Source: Takakia lepidozioides
Lineage: Eukaryota; Plantae; Bryophyta
Direction of reading: 5' to 3'
Length of the DNA: 64,000 nucleotides
Assembly (NCBI GenBank): GCA_030704615.1
Contig: CM060732.1
Span: forward strand, 46,500,001 to 46,564,000
Both the position numbers and the translations under genes were made by a program. Positions 24,466-36,300 of the stretch are shown piece after piece. Each line of letters starts with the position of its first letter. Position 1 is the first letter of the stretch. The notes under the pieces are model-generated. The model was not told the origin of the DNA. It worked only from the letters and a program-made list of their open reading frames with translations, and did no database searches.

Positions 24466-24867
24466 ATGGAGTCACAGGAACCAGATACATTGGAGTTGTC
24501 GCTTACCCAGCTACCAGATCAGCCGTTCCGACTCTCACGACCTTCAACATCTCGCCGACGCTCTCGAGACGATGGGCCACCAATGCGACGCATACTTCCT
24601 TGTCTGGACCCCGTACGACGGCAAGTGGAGCCTACTCAAAATCTGATAATTCTGTTGGAGGTTGAGGCTTCGGACCCAGACGGCAACGAAATCATGTTTG
24701 AAGGCAGCTTCGAAAATCAGAATGCTCAAATCACTGCGTGGTCCCAAGATCAAGGTGTTGGACACTATCGATGGTTCCAGGGACCTATAAATCATTTGAG
24801 TCAAGAACGAAGAGCCGAATACTTGGCAAATACCATTCGCCGGATTTTGGATTTTCTCCAACTCTAA
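24466..24867 (+). CDS. Extra ORF (133 aa, unknown function) between chromodomain and PPT
   Basis: ATG-to-TAA uninterrupted (MESQEPDTLELS...ILDFLQL), TATA-like tatatata about 45 nt upstream; no family recognised. Confidence 0.5.
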   Translation: MESQEPDTLELSLTQLPDQPFRLSRPSTSRRRSRDDGPPMRRILPCLDPVRRQVEPTQNLIILLEVEASDPDGNEIMFEGSFENQNAQITAWSQDQGVGHYRWFQGPINHLSQERRAEYLANTIRRILDFLQL

Positions 24868-24922
24868 ACAAGTCCAAGATTTTACCGCTCCTCAATGAAC
24901 TCGGCGCTAGAGGAGGGGGTGA

Positions 24923-25535
24923 TGTCACTGACATAGCCCCAGAGGAACTTACCAGGAGTAAATACCAGAATTTATCAAGTTACCATGTTACCGGAAATTA
25001 CCATGACTTACCATGATCTACCATGATCTACCATTACTGATCAACTTACCGGGAGTACCAAATTACCAAGAATAACTTGGGAAACTGTTCAGGAAGCTTC
25101 ATTTGGAGGAAAATTCTCCAACAAGATACCTCATTTGTTTAAGGAAGCTTCTCCATCAGAAACCTTTGTTTAAGCTTGAAAACTTCTCCAGCAAGAAACC
25201 TCCATAGGGGAAGCTTCTTAGGGAAGCTTCTTGGTAGCCAATATATATAGGAGGCGAGACTGGACACTCTTCAGTCTCGCCAACACCAGTTCAAGCTACT
25301 CTTGTTTCCAGTTTCCAGTACTCCAGTCCAGTTCCCAGTACTCTAGCCCAGTTTCCAGCATTATAGTATTCAAGTCGTGTTCCAATATCTTGTACTCTTA
25401 TTCATTGTTATAAAGATCGTCTTGATTCCTATTTACTCATCGTGCATTCGGCCACGCCGACCTTGACTTCTTGTCTAGTCTTGTACCTCTAGTCTGATCT
25501 CTTGTTTGTGTTCAGTCATGTTCTCGTCCCTGACA
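24923..25535 (+). repeat. 3' LTR
   Basis: Direct repeat of 19133-19762, preceded by PPT. Confidence 0.93.
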
Positions 25536-26424
25536 CCATGAGAGCATTTGGTCAATCATCAAATGCAGTGATTGTTCAGCCAATTATTCTAGGATTTCTC
25601 AAAGCTAAGGAAAATATTTTCCTAGAGTTTTATGCCTTGAAACATGCATTTGGAGATTTGATATTTGGAGTTTGTTTGAGATTTTAGGCATTTTTTTATA
25701 AAGTTTCTGGAATTTCGACAGTTTTTCCTAAATTTTCACTTAATTATAGGCAGATTCAATTCTAATTATTTAGTGCCAGATCAGCCTGCCCACTACGGTA
25801 GTTTGAGTACTGTCTGCATTCGATCTGAATATATCACACATTTTTTTTATAGAGAACTCAAACCACGAATGAGAAGGCTATTGAACCAAGTTGACGTTAA
25901 ATGAAGGACGTCGCATTCTGTGGGATTATAGGGTCGAATAAGAGCAGGTGTTAGTAGCCTGATTAGATAGGCCAGGGTCTGCACTACCCTTCAGGCATGA
26001 ATGCTTTGACATTTCTTTTATTTTACAATCATGACGGCCAGCATCTCACTTGCAGAGCTTACTAGTCGCATCCATAATATACTCTGCAGCCTCATAATTA
26101 TTTTGCACGTTAGAGTCTATCAGAAGACGTCTCTGATGTATTCTTCCATCTATAGGACCCAGATTCAAAGTCAAACCTAAAGGAAGCACACGACATGTCC
26201 AAGAAATTCAGGATACATATTTGATGACAACATCAATATATTTGAAGTAAAATGAAGAATGATGCTTTACTTTCAATACGTGGTTGGACCTAACTGACTG
26301 TCGAATTATACTAGAAGATGCTCTGAAGGTTCAAAGGCCATGAGCCTGGAAGTGAGCGAAAATAAACCACCAGGCTCATCTCGAAATACCTACTAGCCAT
26401 GCAAGATCCCTTAATTTAATAAAC

Positions 26425-26670
26425 ATGCATATGATTGCAAAAGCTTGAAACCTGACGAGCTAATTATCACACAAGAATATCATACTGCACTTATTTTAAG
26501 AAATATGCATCAGATTACCAACTCGTTTGAAACCTAATGAGTTCATCCTCACACAAGCAAGAATATCCCACTGCACTCATTTCAAAAAATATGCAAAATA
26601 TTGCAAGCTCTCTTGAAACCTAACTAGCTAATCCTTACACAAGCAAGAATATCCTACTGCACTCCTTTCC
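26425..26670. repeat. Tandem repeat, about 3 copies of a roughly 80-bp unit
   Basis: ttgaaacct.a..ag.t.at..t.acacaag...aatatc..actgcact at about 26446, 26527 and 26613. Confidence 0.75.
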
Positions 26671-26694
26671 ATGGTACAGACACAACATTTCAAG

Positions 26695-27614
26695 GGGGGT
26701 TGCTACACCGTGAGTTTGGAGGCGTGAGCCTGTGAGCCCAGGAGCCCGTGAGCCCAGCATAGGCTCACGCCACGTCATCTATGAATTCCGAACTTACATG
26801 GCGTATTTCCACAGGAGGCGCCTATAGCCGCGGATTGACTTACCTTTTTCAGTCATTGCGGATAACGACTTTTACATCCATCCCACCCCGTGTCATAAAC
26901 AACCATTTGATCAGTGTTCAATTGCCGAAGTGAGAGAGAATGAGGGTGTTGGTTACATGAAGCTTTCTTACTAGTCCAAATGTAGTAACAGCTTACATTG
27001 TAGATCCCCAAACCCAAAAGTTAGCGGAGTGGACTTGAGGTTTGGACACGTGAAAATCGCCCACATGGAATAGTGTAATTTAGATGTGGTGTACATACTA
27101 AGTCATTGCATGTTTGGAAATGGATGAATGTCCTTGTATTTGACTGAAACATTCTGCGGGATGACCGAGATGAAATCAATGTATGCGGTTTGACTTGACA
27201 CAAGCTAATGCACTTTTGGCAGGTTCCCCCGCAGATGCTTGATAGTTTGTGGCACCCACACACGTTTTGTTTTTTTTTTGTTCCCACGAAGATGCCCTAA
27301 AAGTAGTGTGCGGCACCGCACACTCCTTTCGGGGCATCTGCGGTGCACATTTTCTCTGCAGCTGCCTACCCCACACATGTTTTTTTTTTCTTTTTCGTTC
27401 ACACGCAGATGCCCTGAAAACAGTGTGCGGCACCGCACACTGTTTTCAGGGCATCTGCGAAGCACATTTTCCTATCCCACACAAGTTTTTTTTTTTAATA
27501 AATAAAATCATTTTTTCGTTTCCTCGCAGATGCTCGGAAAACAGTGTGCGGCACCGCACACTGTTTCCAGGGCTTCTGCGGAGCACGTTTTCTATGCAAA
27601 TGACCATCCCACAT

Positions 27615-27646
<32 letters not shown>

Positions 27647-28635
27647 CCGTTTTTTTCGTTTTTTTTTCCTTTCAAAGCATCTGTGGAGCACGTTTTCTCT
27701 ACATACGCCCATCCCATACACGTTTTTTTTTTTTTTTTTTTTGGTTTTTCCGCACACTGTTTTCAAGGCATCTGTAGAACACGTTTTCTCTACATATGCC
27801 CATCCCATACACGTTTTTTTTTTTTTTTGGTTTTTCTTTCCCATGCTGATGCATGAAAAACAGTGTGCGGCACCGTACACTGTTTTAGGGGCATTTGCGG
27901 TGTTTTTTTTTCTCTGCAGCTGCCCATCCCACACACGTTTTGTTTTTTTTTTCATTCCCACGCAGATGCCCTGAAAATAGTGTGCGGTGCCGCACACTAC
28001 TTTTAGGGCATCTGCGATGCACGTTTGTTTTGCAGCTACCCATCCCGCACTCGGGTTTTTTTTTTTTTTTTTTTTCTCGTTCCCATGCAGTTGCCATCAA
28101 AATAGTGTGCGGTGTCGCACACTGTTTTCAGGGCATCTGCGGTGCACGTTTTCTCTACAGCTACCCATCCCACACATGCAAAATTTTTGTTTTTGCCTAA
28201 CAAGTACACTGGCACAGAACATTCTCTCGAAAGACAAAAATGGACGTGCAGGTGAGGGGAGAGGCAAAGGAAATGGGAAGGGGAAGTGAACCTAGACGGG
28301 CCTCTTTTCAGTGTCGGTTTGTTTGCAATTGTAGCTTAAGTTGGCAGACTGTACAACGTTATAGTCAATGAGTCTCTTTTCATTGTCGGTTTGTTTGGAA
28401 TATGCAGCATAAGTCGGCATATTGTAAATGCGTATTCCCACGGTTATAGGTCCTCGGGTATAGGTATGTTATCTTTCGTCAAATGTGTTATGACATCTGC
28501 TGACATGGCCGACGCTCACGCTTACGTGGCGTGAACGCCACGTCATGCAGAGGGAGCCTGGGCTCACGCCACGTCAGCCAAGTGTGAACTCAGCTCCCAG
28601 GCTCACGGGGCTGGGCTCACGCCGTAGCTACGCTG
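26695..28635. mobile_element. Non-autonomous TIR element (Mutator-like by TSD length) containing a palindrome array
   Basis: Direct repeat catttcaag at 26686-26694 and 28636-28644; degenerate TIR (..gctacaccgtgag / ctcacgccgtagc..); subterminal tgagccc and gccacgtca motifs at both ends. Confidence 0.65.
27225..28185. repeat. Tandem array (about 115-125-bp unit) of 56-bp palindromes separated by poly-T spacers
   Basis: Perfect hairpin 27404-27459 with 27-bp arms and 2-nt loop; related units at about 27290, 27525, 27850, 27961, 28090 and partial ones. Confidence 0.92.
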
Positions 28636-29142
28636 CATTTCAAGAAGTGACATTGGAATTCCTGATACATGTAAAGCCATTTCTCGACACCCAGCAGAGG
28701 GAGAAACACAAATACTAGTAAGCTCAAGCGGCTTGTTGAGGAGGTGGCTACACCCTCAATTTCCTAAATCGCCTACAGTAAAATTATCATCACCATCAAA
28801 TTCTCAAGTGAGGCAGGTTGAAGTTCGGTACATAGAGTCAAAATCAAGAAACAAATAAAGGAGGTGAATGTATGGACTCAGATCATTATCGGCAGCTTCC
28901 TTTGCATGGACTGGACATCTAAGAATCAATGAACAAAGGTCACAACTCATGAGCGATGGCCTTACCGAGTACAACGCGATGAAATGAAAACTGCAGGAAG
29001 AAATGCTGCCCCAGTGCTTCACAGCTCCCAAGCACCAATTCCCGCTCCGCTCCTCTCCTCACAACGATCCCAATGCGTGAGCAATTCATATTCTCTACTC
29101 TCTAATCTCAACACATTTCGCATTAGCAACGCAAGCTTGTCC

Positions 29143-29733
29143 TCATGTAGTTTGAGGACAATTTAATGATGGATTCCGTATAGTTGACTCCCAACTTCCT
29201 TCTGTCTTTGAGTTGGGTAACCAATATGGTATATCGGTTTGTTCTTTTCGCCTTCGATTGTCAACTTCGGTGTAAACAATGTGTAGTTTCTTCAACATGA
29301 TACTCGATGTAGTAGATGTGTTTGGAATCAACCCATTAAGGACTGCGTGTTGTTGTACCTTCGTTGCAGCGTTCGAACGATATGATGAAATGACATCTCT
29401 GTACTCTTCGGCACATGTAATTGTGTAATTTTCTACCAATAAAATGCCAAGTAAAGACTTGCAATAATCTTCTAAACCTAATATTGGTTTAGGAATGCAT
29501 TTGGGACATTTCTCTACCCCTAACGTGATACCACATGTAGGACATAATTTATGACACTGCTTTCTCCAACACCGTTTTTGAACTAGAGGGGGAATAACCT
29601 TGGCTTCAAACATTTGTAATACATGTGTATTGTTTGTTGGACAAGGGAGTAGGTGTAAAACTGAAAAAAATTCATCTTGGTTGTGAGCATATTTATTGCA
29701 ACATCCTGCAGTACATTTCCCTTTGTATTTCAA
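29143..29733 (-). other. Orphan Cys-rich ORF (196 codons, non-ATG start), possibly part of a decayed gene
   Basis: Long open frame in AT-rich DNA with CHKLCPTC..CPKC; an ATG-led frame (MESDQNLQEVV...) at about 29846-29730 abuts it in another phase. Confidence 0.35.
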
Positions 29734-31289
29734 AGGACAATGGTACCAAAGGTATCATAAAAAGTAGCATCCACCACTTTTGCAAGCGTACGGGCTGATT
29801 TGCCTCTCAAAGCTACGACCTCTTGTAGATTTTGATCACTCTCCATCTTGTAAACACAACAAAAATCAGGAACACTAAAATGGTTACATCAAGCTCAAGA
29901 AACTTGTAATATATATGTGTGATCTAGTAGGATTAGTCTACACTATTATATATATATATATATCATAATAATAATAAATTAAAACCTATTTGTGATGGGA
30001 AACTTTTGGAGGCCCAATTCATTCTCAATTGCAACAAATATGCCGAAGCAGGCCTTCCCGACCTACAGAGCACTATGCAGGCTTTAGGCGGAGAGCATGC
30101 AAGTAGCCACTCCACAACATCTAAAGTAACAACTCAGGCTTTGGGATGCCATGCATCTGGCATTGGCTCATTTAGAGGACCTAGACGAACAATCTTTGTA
30201 TGAGAGGGCCATTTTGATTACATCAGTTAGCTAGTTAGCCAGGTGGACAACAATTCGTGATCATTCATCAAGATATGAAACATGAGAGTGTGCAAGAAAG
30301 TGGTATGAGTTCTGTGAAACTAGAAAGCGACATCTTATTGGGATAGTACTTAAATGGATCTAGAGAATTGTTTTAAATTTTTTCTAGAACTTTACAATGA
30401 TATTCTCTTGCTTGCCTGATTTTATATCATTAAATATTCTCATAGCCTGTGATAAAAAATAGAGCAGACACGTTCATCGAAAGTTTACTACGGGATCTTT
30501 AGCCTTCTCCTTGGAATCTCTCCATGCTATCTTAAGACCTAGGATGCATGGTATCCATCTTATTGAAGGTTTTCTCAAAATCTAAGACACGCTTCGCACT
30601 TGCTTGTATGAGATATGTGATATTCAAGTTGCACTTAGAATTGATGATTGAAGGCATGACAATAATTTGGAATGTTTTGCATGTAGTTTAATTCAATTAT
30701 TGCTTTGACAAGAGAAAAACAAGCCTCAAATGACAATGGGCTCTCTTGCTTTGGCAAGAGAGGCAGGTAAGACTGCATACTCAACACATCACACCAATCG
30801 GTGCCTTGACACAATGTAAGGTCCTTTGACCACATTTCATCTCTTAACTTCAGCATGATGTGAAGGACCTCTCTCTACAAGAGAGCCAACAAACTCATCA
30901 AGGATTTTGGCTCATTCAAAGCCAATAGCAATGTCATCTACACCAAAATATTAGAATCGTGAGTTACTTGTAGGAACAACAACATCCCCAAATAATGGGG
31001 ATAGTAACATTTTCGGCTTCTTCGGTGGAAAGCCTAAGATGAGGTGGATATAAGTTGTCGGCACCATAAGAATCAGCAAAATAAAAGCCTCTTTTGATTT
31101 CAAAACTTTGAGAATATGTGAGCGTTAGATAGTATCTGGGTATGTGTTCATTCTTAAGTTAGATCATTGATAATTTCCCGATCTCCTCTTGCATTTTGCT
31201 TATTGGGCTTTGGTTCGAGGGTGGATTCCCCCTCTAAATGCTTTCACGGCTTTTAGCAAGGTTATTTTTCATTATTATCTCAAGGAAGA

Positions 31290-32205
31290 ATACCAAGAGC
31301 AAATCAGACCCGTCATAGTGACAGGAGAAAATAACCTCTTTCAAGCAACCTCGCCATGACACACCAAACACAAGTCTCACGAGACACCGCGCATGGGAAG
31401 GGGCAGAAGATTATACCACACCGGACAAAGGTACCAAGATTTGAGCCCGGAATCACCCGGGTGACAATCAGCTACCGACCGGTGGTTGTTATTATTATTA
31501 CTATATGTACAAGGGCTTCACGTTGCTTTGCGGCACTACTGGTCATGACTTCAACGAACAATATTCAAGAAAAAGGTTATGGATTCAAAGCTCAAGACAG
31601 TTTTTGTTTTTTTTTATTTTTCTTAAAAAAGAAACACCTAGGAGCGACAGCTCACAAATCAGGCCCCTTAATAGTGAGAGGAGAAAATAACCTCTTTCAC
31701 AGTAACCGCGCCATGAAGGCGTAGGAATGGGACACCACCCGGGAACCGGGGAGAAGAGTATACCACACCCGTCAGTAGCAAGATTTGACACCAGAATCAT
31801 CTGGGTGGCACTCAATGCACTTAACCAACTTACAATAGTCTTTTGGGATAAAGTAACATTAGGAGTTACGCTTGCTTCGGCAAGAGTCTTCCTAAATTTA
31901 CATACATCTATCCAATATAGAGTTTAGTGATGTGCATTTATATTATATTAATCGATATATTTTTGATTGTACAAAAGATACAAGAGACAAAAATCAAATA
32001 TAAAGAGTTTTTGCATCATCATAAGTCTTTTTTGTTTTTTGTTTTTCCTTCCGAGGAAACATCAGCTCGCCTTGAGGGGAAATAATCCCTTTTATAGGAC
32101 CATGAAGGCAAACAAGGGCAGAGCCCTTGCCCGAAGGCAGAGAAAGATAGCTCATAGGGGGGTTTGAAATTTGAACCCCAGACCCACATGCCAATACACT
32201 ATTGG
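31290..32205 (-). mobile_element. Cluster of three diverged copies of the tRNA-derived SINE
   Basis: About 31290-31480, 31630-31832 and 32060-32205 share ggagaaaataacctctttca and a reverse B box (gatttga.cc), reverse complement of 18888-19080. Confidence 0.75.
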
Positions 32206-33349
32206 GCCACATCATTATTGTGCAACTATTAACAAAATTATATATATATATATATATGTATGTATATATGAATTATCGTGGTATATAAATTGAAGAAAAG
32301 TTGAAACGTTGCTCACCGCCAAATAATTTCAGAATTGTTGTTTTGAATTCGCATAAGCATTTAAGAATAACTTCTTGTCAATTCATACATATTATTTCCC
32401 TAAGGAAACACTAAAAAAAAAAGAGAAAAAAAAACACTCATACTATCTTATCTTATCAGTACATGGGATAAATAAAGTAATACTAGACCACCATTAGTGT
32501 AAATTTGACATAAACGGTTTTTGAAATGATTCAAACTTTTTTTTTCATACAATTTGGGCAGATTCAGAAAAAAATACTTCGATGACTTGGCGGCTGCGGA
32601 CGACTAACAGAGATGATTAATCGGTTTTTCCTTTTTTTTTTGTTTTTTGCTATTTGGGCAGATCCAAAAAAAGATGACGATGATGTGGCTGATGATGGCA
32701 CCCTATTCCTGCTCTAGACTAAAACTAGGCTCCGAATTTCAAGTCATCACCAGATTATTAAAAAAAACACCAGGGCCATGGCCCTGCTTGGAAACTATTA
32801 TTTTGAGAAACCAACAATTACTAGGGTAGCCTGTGCCGTTGGGCCAAGTGTCAAGTGCCATCTAAGCCCGAGTGCAATCTCCTATGTATGCAAGTGCGTG
32901 TCCTATGTCGAGGCCCAAGTGCGACCTCTAGGGTAGGCTCTGTCGTTGGCCCAAGGGTCCAATGTCATCTAAGTCCAAATGATTTTTTTCCCCACAGAGC
33001 CTACGACCAGATTTGAACCAACAGTTATATTGTCTGATAGGAGGGGAAAATAAAAACCCTCAATAAGCCATAAGGCCAAACACGCCTAGGAGAGGGGTGA
33101 ACTTTTTCTTTCTGGAAAAGGGGACAAAAACCGCACAATGGACTGAAAACAAAGAAAAAATAACCGGACTCCGGCATAAAACAAGCAATGAAAAAAATGA
33201 ATGAGGCAATAGCTCGAAGTCCAAAAACCAATTAAAATCTTTCACAAAATAAATAAAATAAATAAATAAAGAGGCACAAGGAAAAAATAGTCATGCAAAG
33301 AGAGAGCATCCCCACCCTTGAGGCCGAAAGTTGAGCCCGAAAGATTCCC

Positions 33350-36300
33350 TGTAACGCCAAAATAACGTGATCGATTCAGGGCTGTGGGGTTCTGTGGCGA
33401 GGCAGCCCCGACTCGCGCACACCCTTGTCCTCAATTGCCCACACTATCCCCACGCACCTCGGCTCCTAGGTTCGGTGTGGCTATGGTAGAAAGACGGCTG
33501 TACGGGAAATCTAGAAAGATGGCAGCGCAATCCACTATGTTCAATCATTTGTCCCTCCTGGTGTATGTTATTTCTGCTGATTTTGTGTGTCTTGTGTCTT
33601 CCTGCTTTGTGAGCAAACATTGTGCAAACAGCAGCCGCGGCTTCCAGTTCGAATGATGCTACTTCGCTTGTGATTGACGACGATTCGTTTGAAGCTGTCT
33701 TCCTGAGTGTTGTGCATGATACTGCGTCCCCTGAAGTGCTAAGGCCTTACGAAGGAGAACCGCCAGTGAGGGGAGACGCAGAGATTCCTCTTGACGTGCC
33801 CTCGGCTTACTAGATAAGGAGACGGCCGTTGATGAAGCTCGCAAGGCCGTGAATTCTGAAGGAGAGAAATGCGAGCAGCGTCGTAAGATTGCTGAAGCTA
33901 AGCAGGGTGCGTTTGCTGGCAGACTGCTGCAGAAGCTGCATGCAAAAGAAATCGCTAAGTGCTTACCTCGGGAGGTCATCCGTGAGCGACTTGGACAGGG
34001 CGAGCTGCTCACTTGGCCACAGATTGGAGTACCTAAGTTTGTTGTCACCTGAGATCGCACCAACAACCTTGAGAGCTTTCTGCACCCGAAGGTTCCTAGT
34101 GGCTATTGCTTTTGGGAGCTTGTCCGAGGTGGGAGTGCAGCGGCGCTGACAAACATACGCCCTGCCTGGACTGCCAATCAGCCTGCTGATGATTTTTGGT
34201 GGGAACAATCCATCATTGGTGTCCCACAACACTTATTCCATCTCTCTGCTAGGGATATTGTGATTTTTCCTGGTAAAAACCTTTGATCAAGAGAAGGTTG
34301 GGCTCTGTCGAGTCCAGATTCCTATTGACAAGTATCCGTTGCACTCCCTGGTGGTCAAGGAGAAGGTAGTACGCACGGTGACCCGCGTTGCATTTTGGCT
34401 GAAGGTGGCTCAGTCACTCTGGCATCTACAGGGCAAAGCCGTGTATCTCAGTTATAATCATCGTTTCATCTCTTCCTACACAATCACGGATTGGGAGAAG
34501 TGCATGTTGCATCCCAGTGATATGTGATTTTCTCTATGCCTTGATCTTTATTTGCGTTATCTCCGTGGATGCTAACCAGGCGTTGTGCTAAACTGTTGGA
34601 GTCTGAGAGTGCTAAGATGAGTGAATGGAAAGAAGGGATAGAGGAGATCTTTGGTGATGATTCAGTTCCTGGTCCTGAGACACAACCTGCTGCGATGTCA
34701 AGAGGCATCAATCATCCAGATGGCTTAGACTTATAAGATCTTTGTGATGTCATGAAAACTATCTTTGATTGTCCTGCTCTGTTGGAACTTTTGTTGAACA
34801 AACAAACTAATTCTACGACAACAGTTGCCAAGCCTCATGAATCCAAACCTGTCAAACAGCCATACCCAGAGTTTAAGCTAGGTGACCATTTTGATAATTT
34901 TTTGAGGTTATTTGAATTAAGCATGAAGATGAATGTTGTGCCAGCAGAATTTATTTCCAACATATTCAGGTTTTGTTTAAAGGGAGAGGCTCAGATTCTG
35001 TTTGAAGCTAGTATCCAGGACATGGGAGAGATCTCCTGGAAGATGGCCAAAGAATTGGCTCATCAGCTGTTTCAAGAAATTAAACCCACACACTATGCCA
35101 TTCCTGAAAGAAAGTTTTGCATAGGAGAAAGTGTGTGGAAATACCATACAGAAATCAGGACTTCAGTATGCAAGGCAGTGCCAGTGGTGGCTGAGAGACC
35201 TTTGGCCACCTTTCATCAAAGGGTTACCACCAGCTGAACAGGTGTTTTTGGAGAAAAGCTCATACAAAACAGACAAAGAGATGGTTCAGCTCATTGAGGA
35301 AAGAGCTCGCATCAAGGCAGCAAAGAGGGGTTTAGCTCCTACCAAAAAGTCTCAGGTCATGTTGCATAATGTTGATACATGTACTGGTACTAATGGGGAT
35401 GAGGGCTGCCTAGAGTTGTTGCCTGCTGTTGTGAGAAATGTGCGGGATACTGTGAGGACAGAGCTGCAGGCTCTCAAAGCTGAAAGTCATTGGCAGACTT
35501 CTGATGATGGTGAAAGGAAGGCAGGTCACAGAGGTCGAACCAATACTGGTTCAGGTTATCAGGAACGAGCAGCCTGCCTGATTTGTAAGAGCACTGAGCA
35601 CTGGACCAGGTTTTGCCCCATGCAGCCAGACTTACTTGCCATCTATGAGCAGTGGAAACGAGATCAAAAGGGTAAAGGTGCTTTAAACGAGTAAGGTCAT
35701 CTGCTAATGAAGGGCCAAGTGATCACAGATGTAGACCTTCTAAACCCTCAGCTACTTTGCTTGTGTCCACCAATTTCAAGTTGCTCCATACTGAGGTGTT
35801 GAAAACCAAGAATAGAGACCGATTCACCCCTTGATGACACAGTGTCATATTGGTCACTTATCTTTTCAATGTGTTATAGACACGGGCTGTACGGTCTCTG
35901 CCATTCCTTTTGCATGTGGTTCAAGTCTTGGGTTTAAAAATGTCTCCAGCCAAGGGTATTGAGGTCACCATAGTTGATGGTACCAGTTATGAACCCCTTG
36001 GTTTAGTTAGTGTACCAGTAAGAATCAGCCGCAAAGTTGTCACCATCACAGGGATTGTAACCATGGGCAAACAACTACTTTTGGGGTTAGATTGGATGTC
36101 TGAAGCCATGGCTTCCATTGATCTCTGTACTAATGCTATGACCTTGAAGGATGGTGAAGGTGGCAGCTGCAAAGTTAATTTGAATCATATTCCTATCCTG
36201 GCAGGCAGTGGGACCATACATCTTGCTTGCATGAAGGCTGTCTCACGTGAGGTTAGGCAACGGGCTGGAGACACATACAACTGGACTCAATTCTTTGGTT

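Larger units (their letters stand above)
19133..25535 (+). mobile_element. Full-length decayed Ty3/Gypsy chromovirus (Tcn1-like) LTR retrotransposon
   Basis: LTRs 19133-19762 and 24923-25535 (TGTCA...TGACA); PPT agaggaggggg before the 3' LTR; gag (PEKFDGTRS, CLYCGEDDHMALNC), protease remnant (SGASACFID), RT ([30 protein letters not shown]), RNase H, integrase (SMDFITDLP, IVSDRG) and chromodomain (EYEVNEVLD..YFVHWKNY). Many stops and frameshifts. Likely TSD ccatg with the left copy overlapping the TG. Confidence 0.95.

Noticed and set aside
27225-28185. CRISPR-like array of palindromic repeats
   Set aside because: Spacers are themselves repeated and poly-T rich, repeats are too long, there are no cas genes and the context is eukaryotic.
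27176-28289. Long poly-Lys/poly-Phe ORFs on both strands
   Set aside because: Products of the tandem array and homopolymer runs.
30400-31200. Coding remnant on the minus strand (ORF 30635-30856 and neighbours)
   Set aside because: Short, interrupted and without a recognisable motif.
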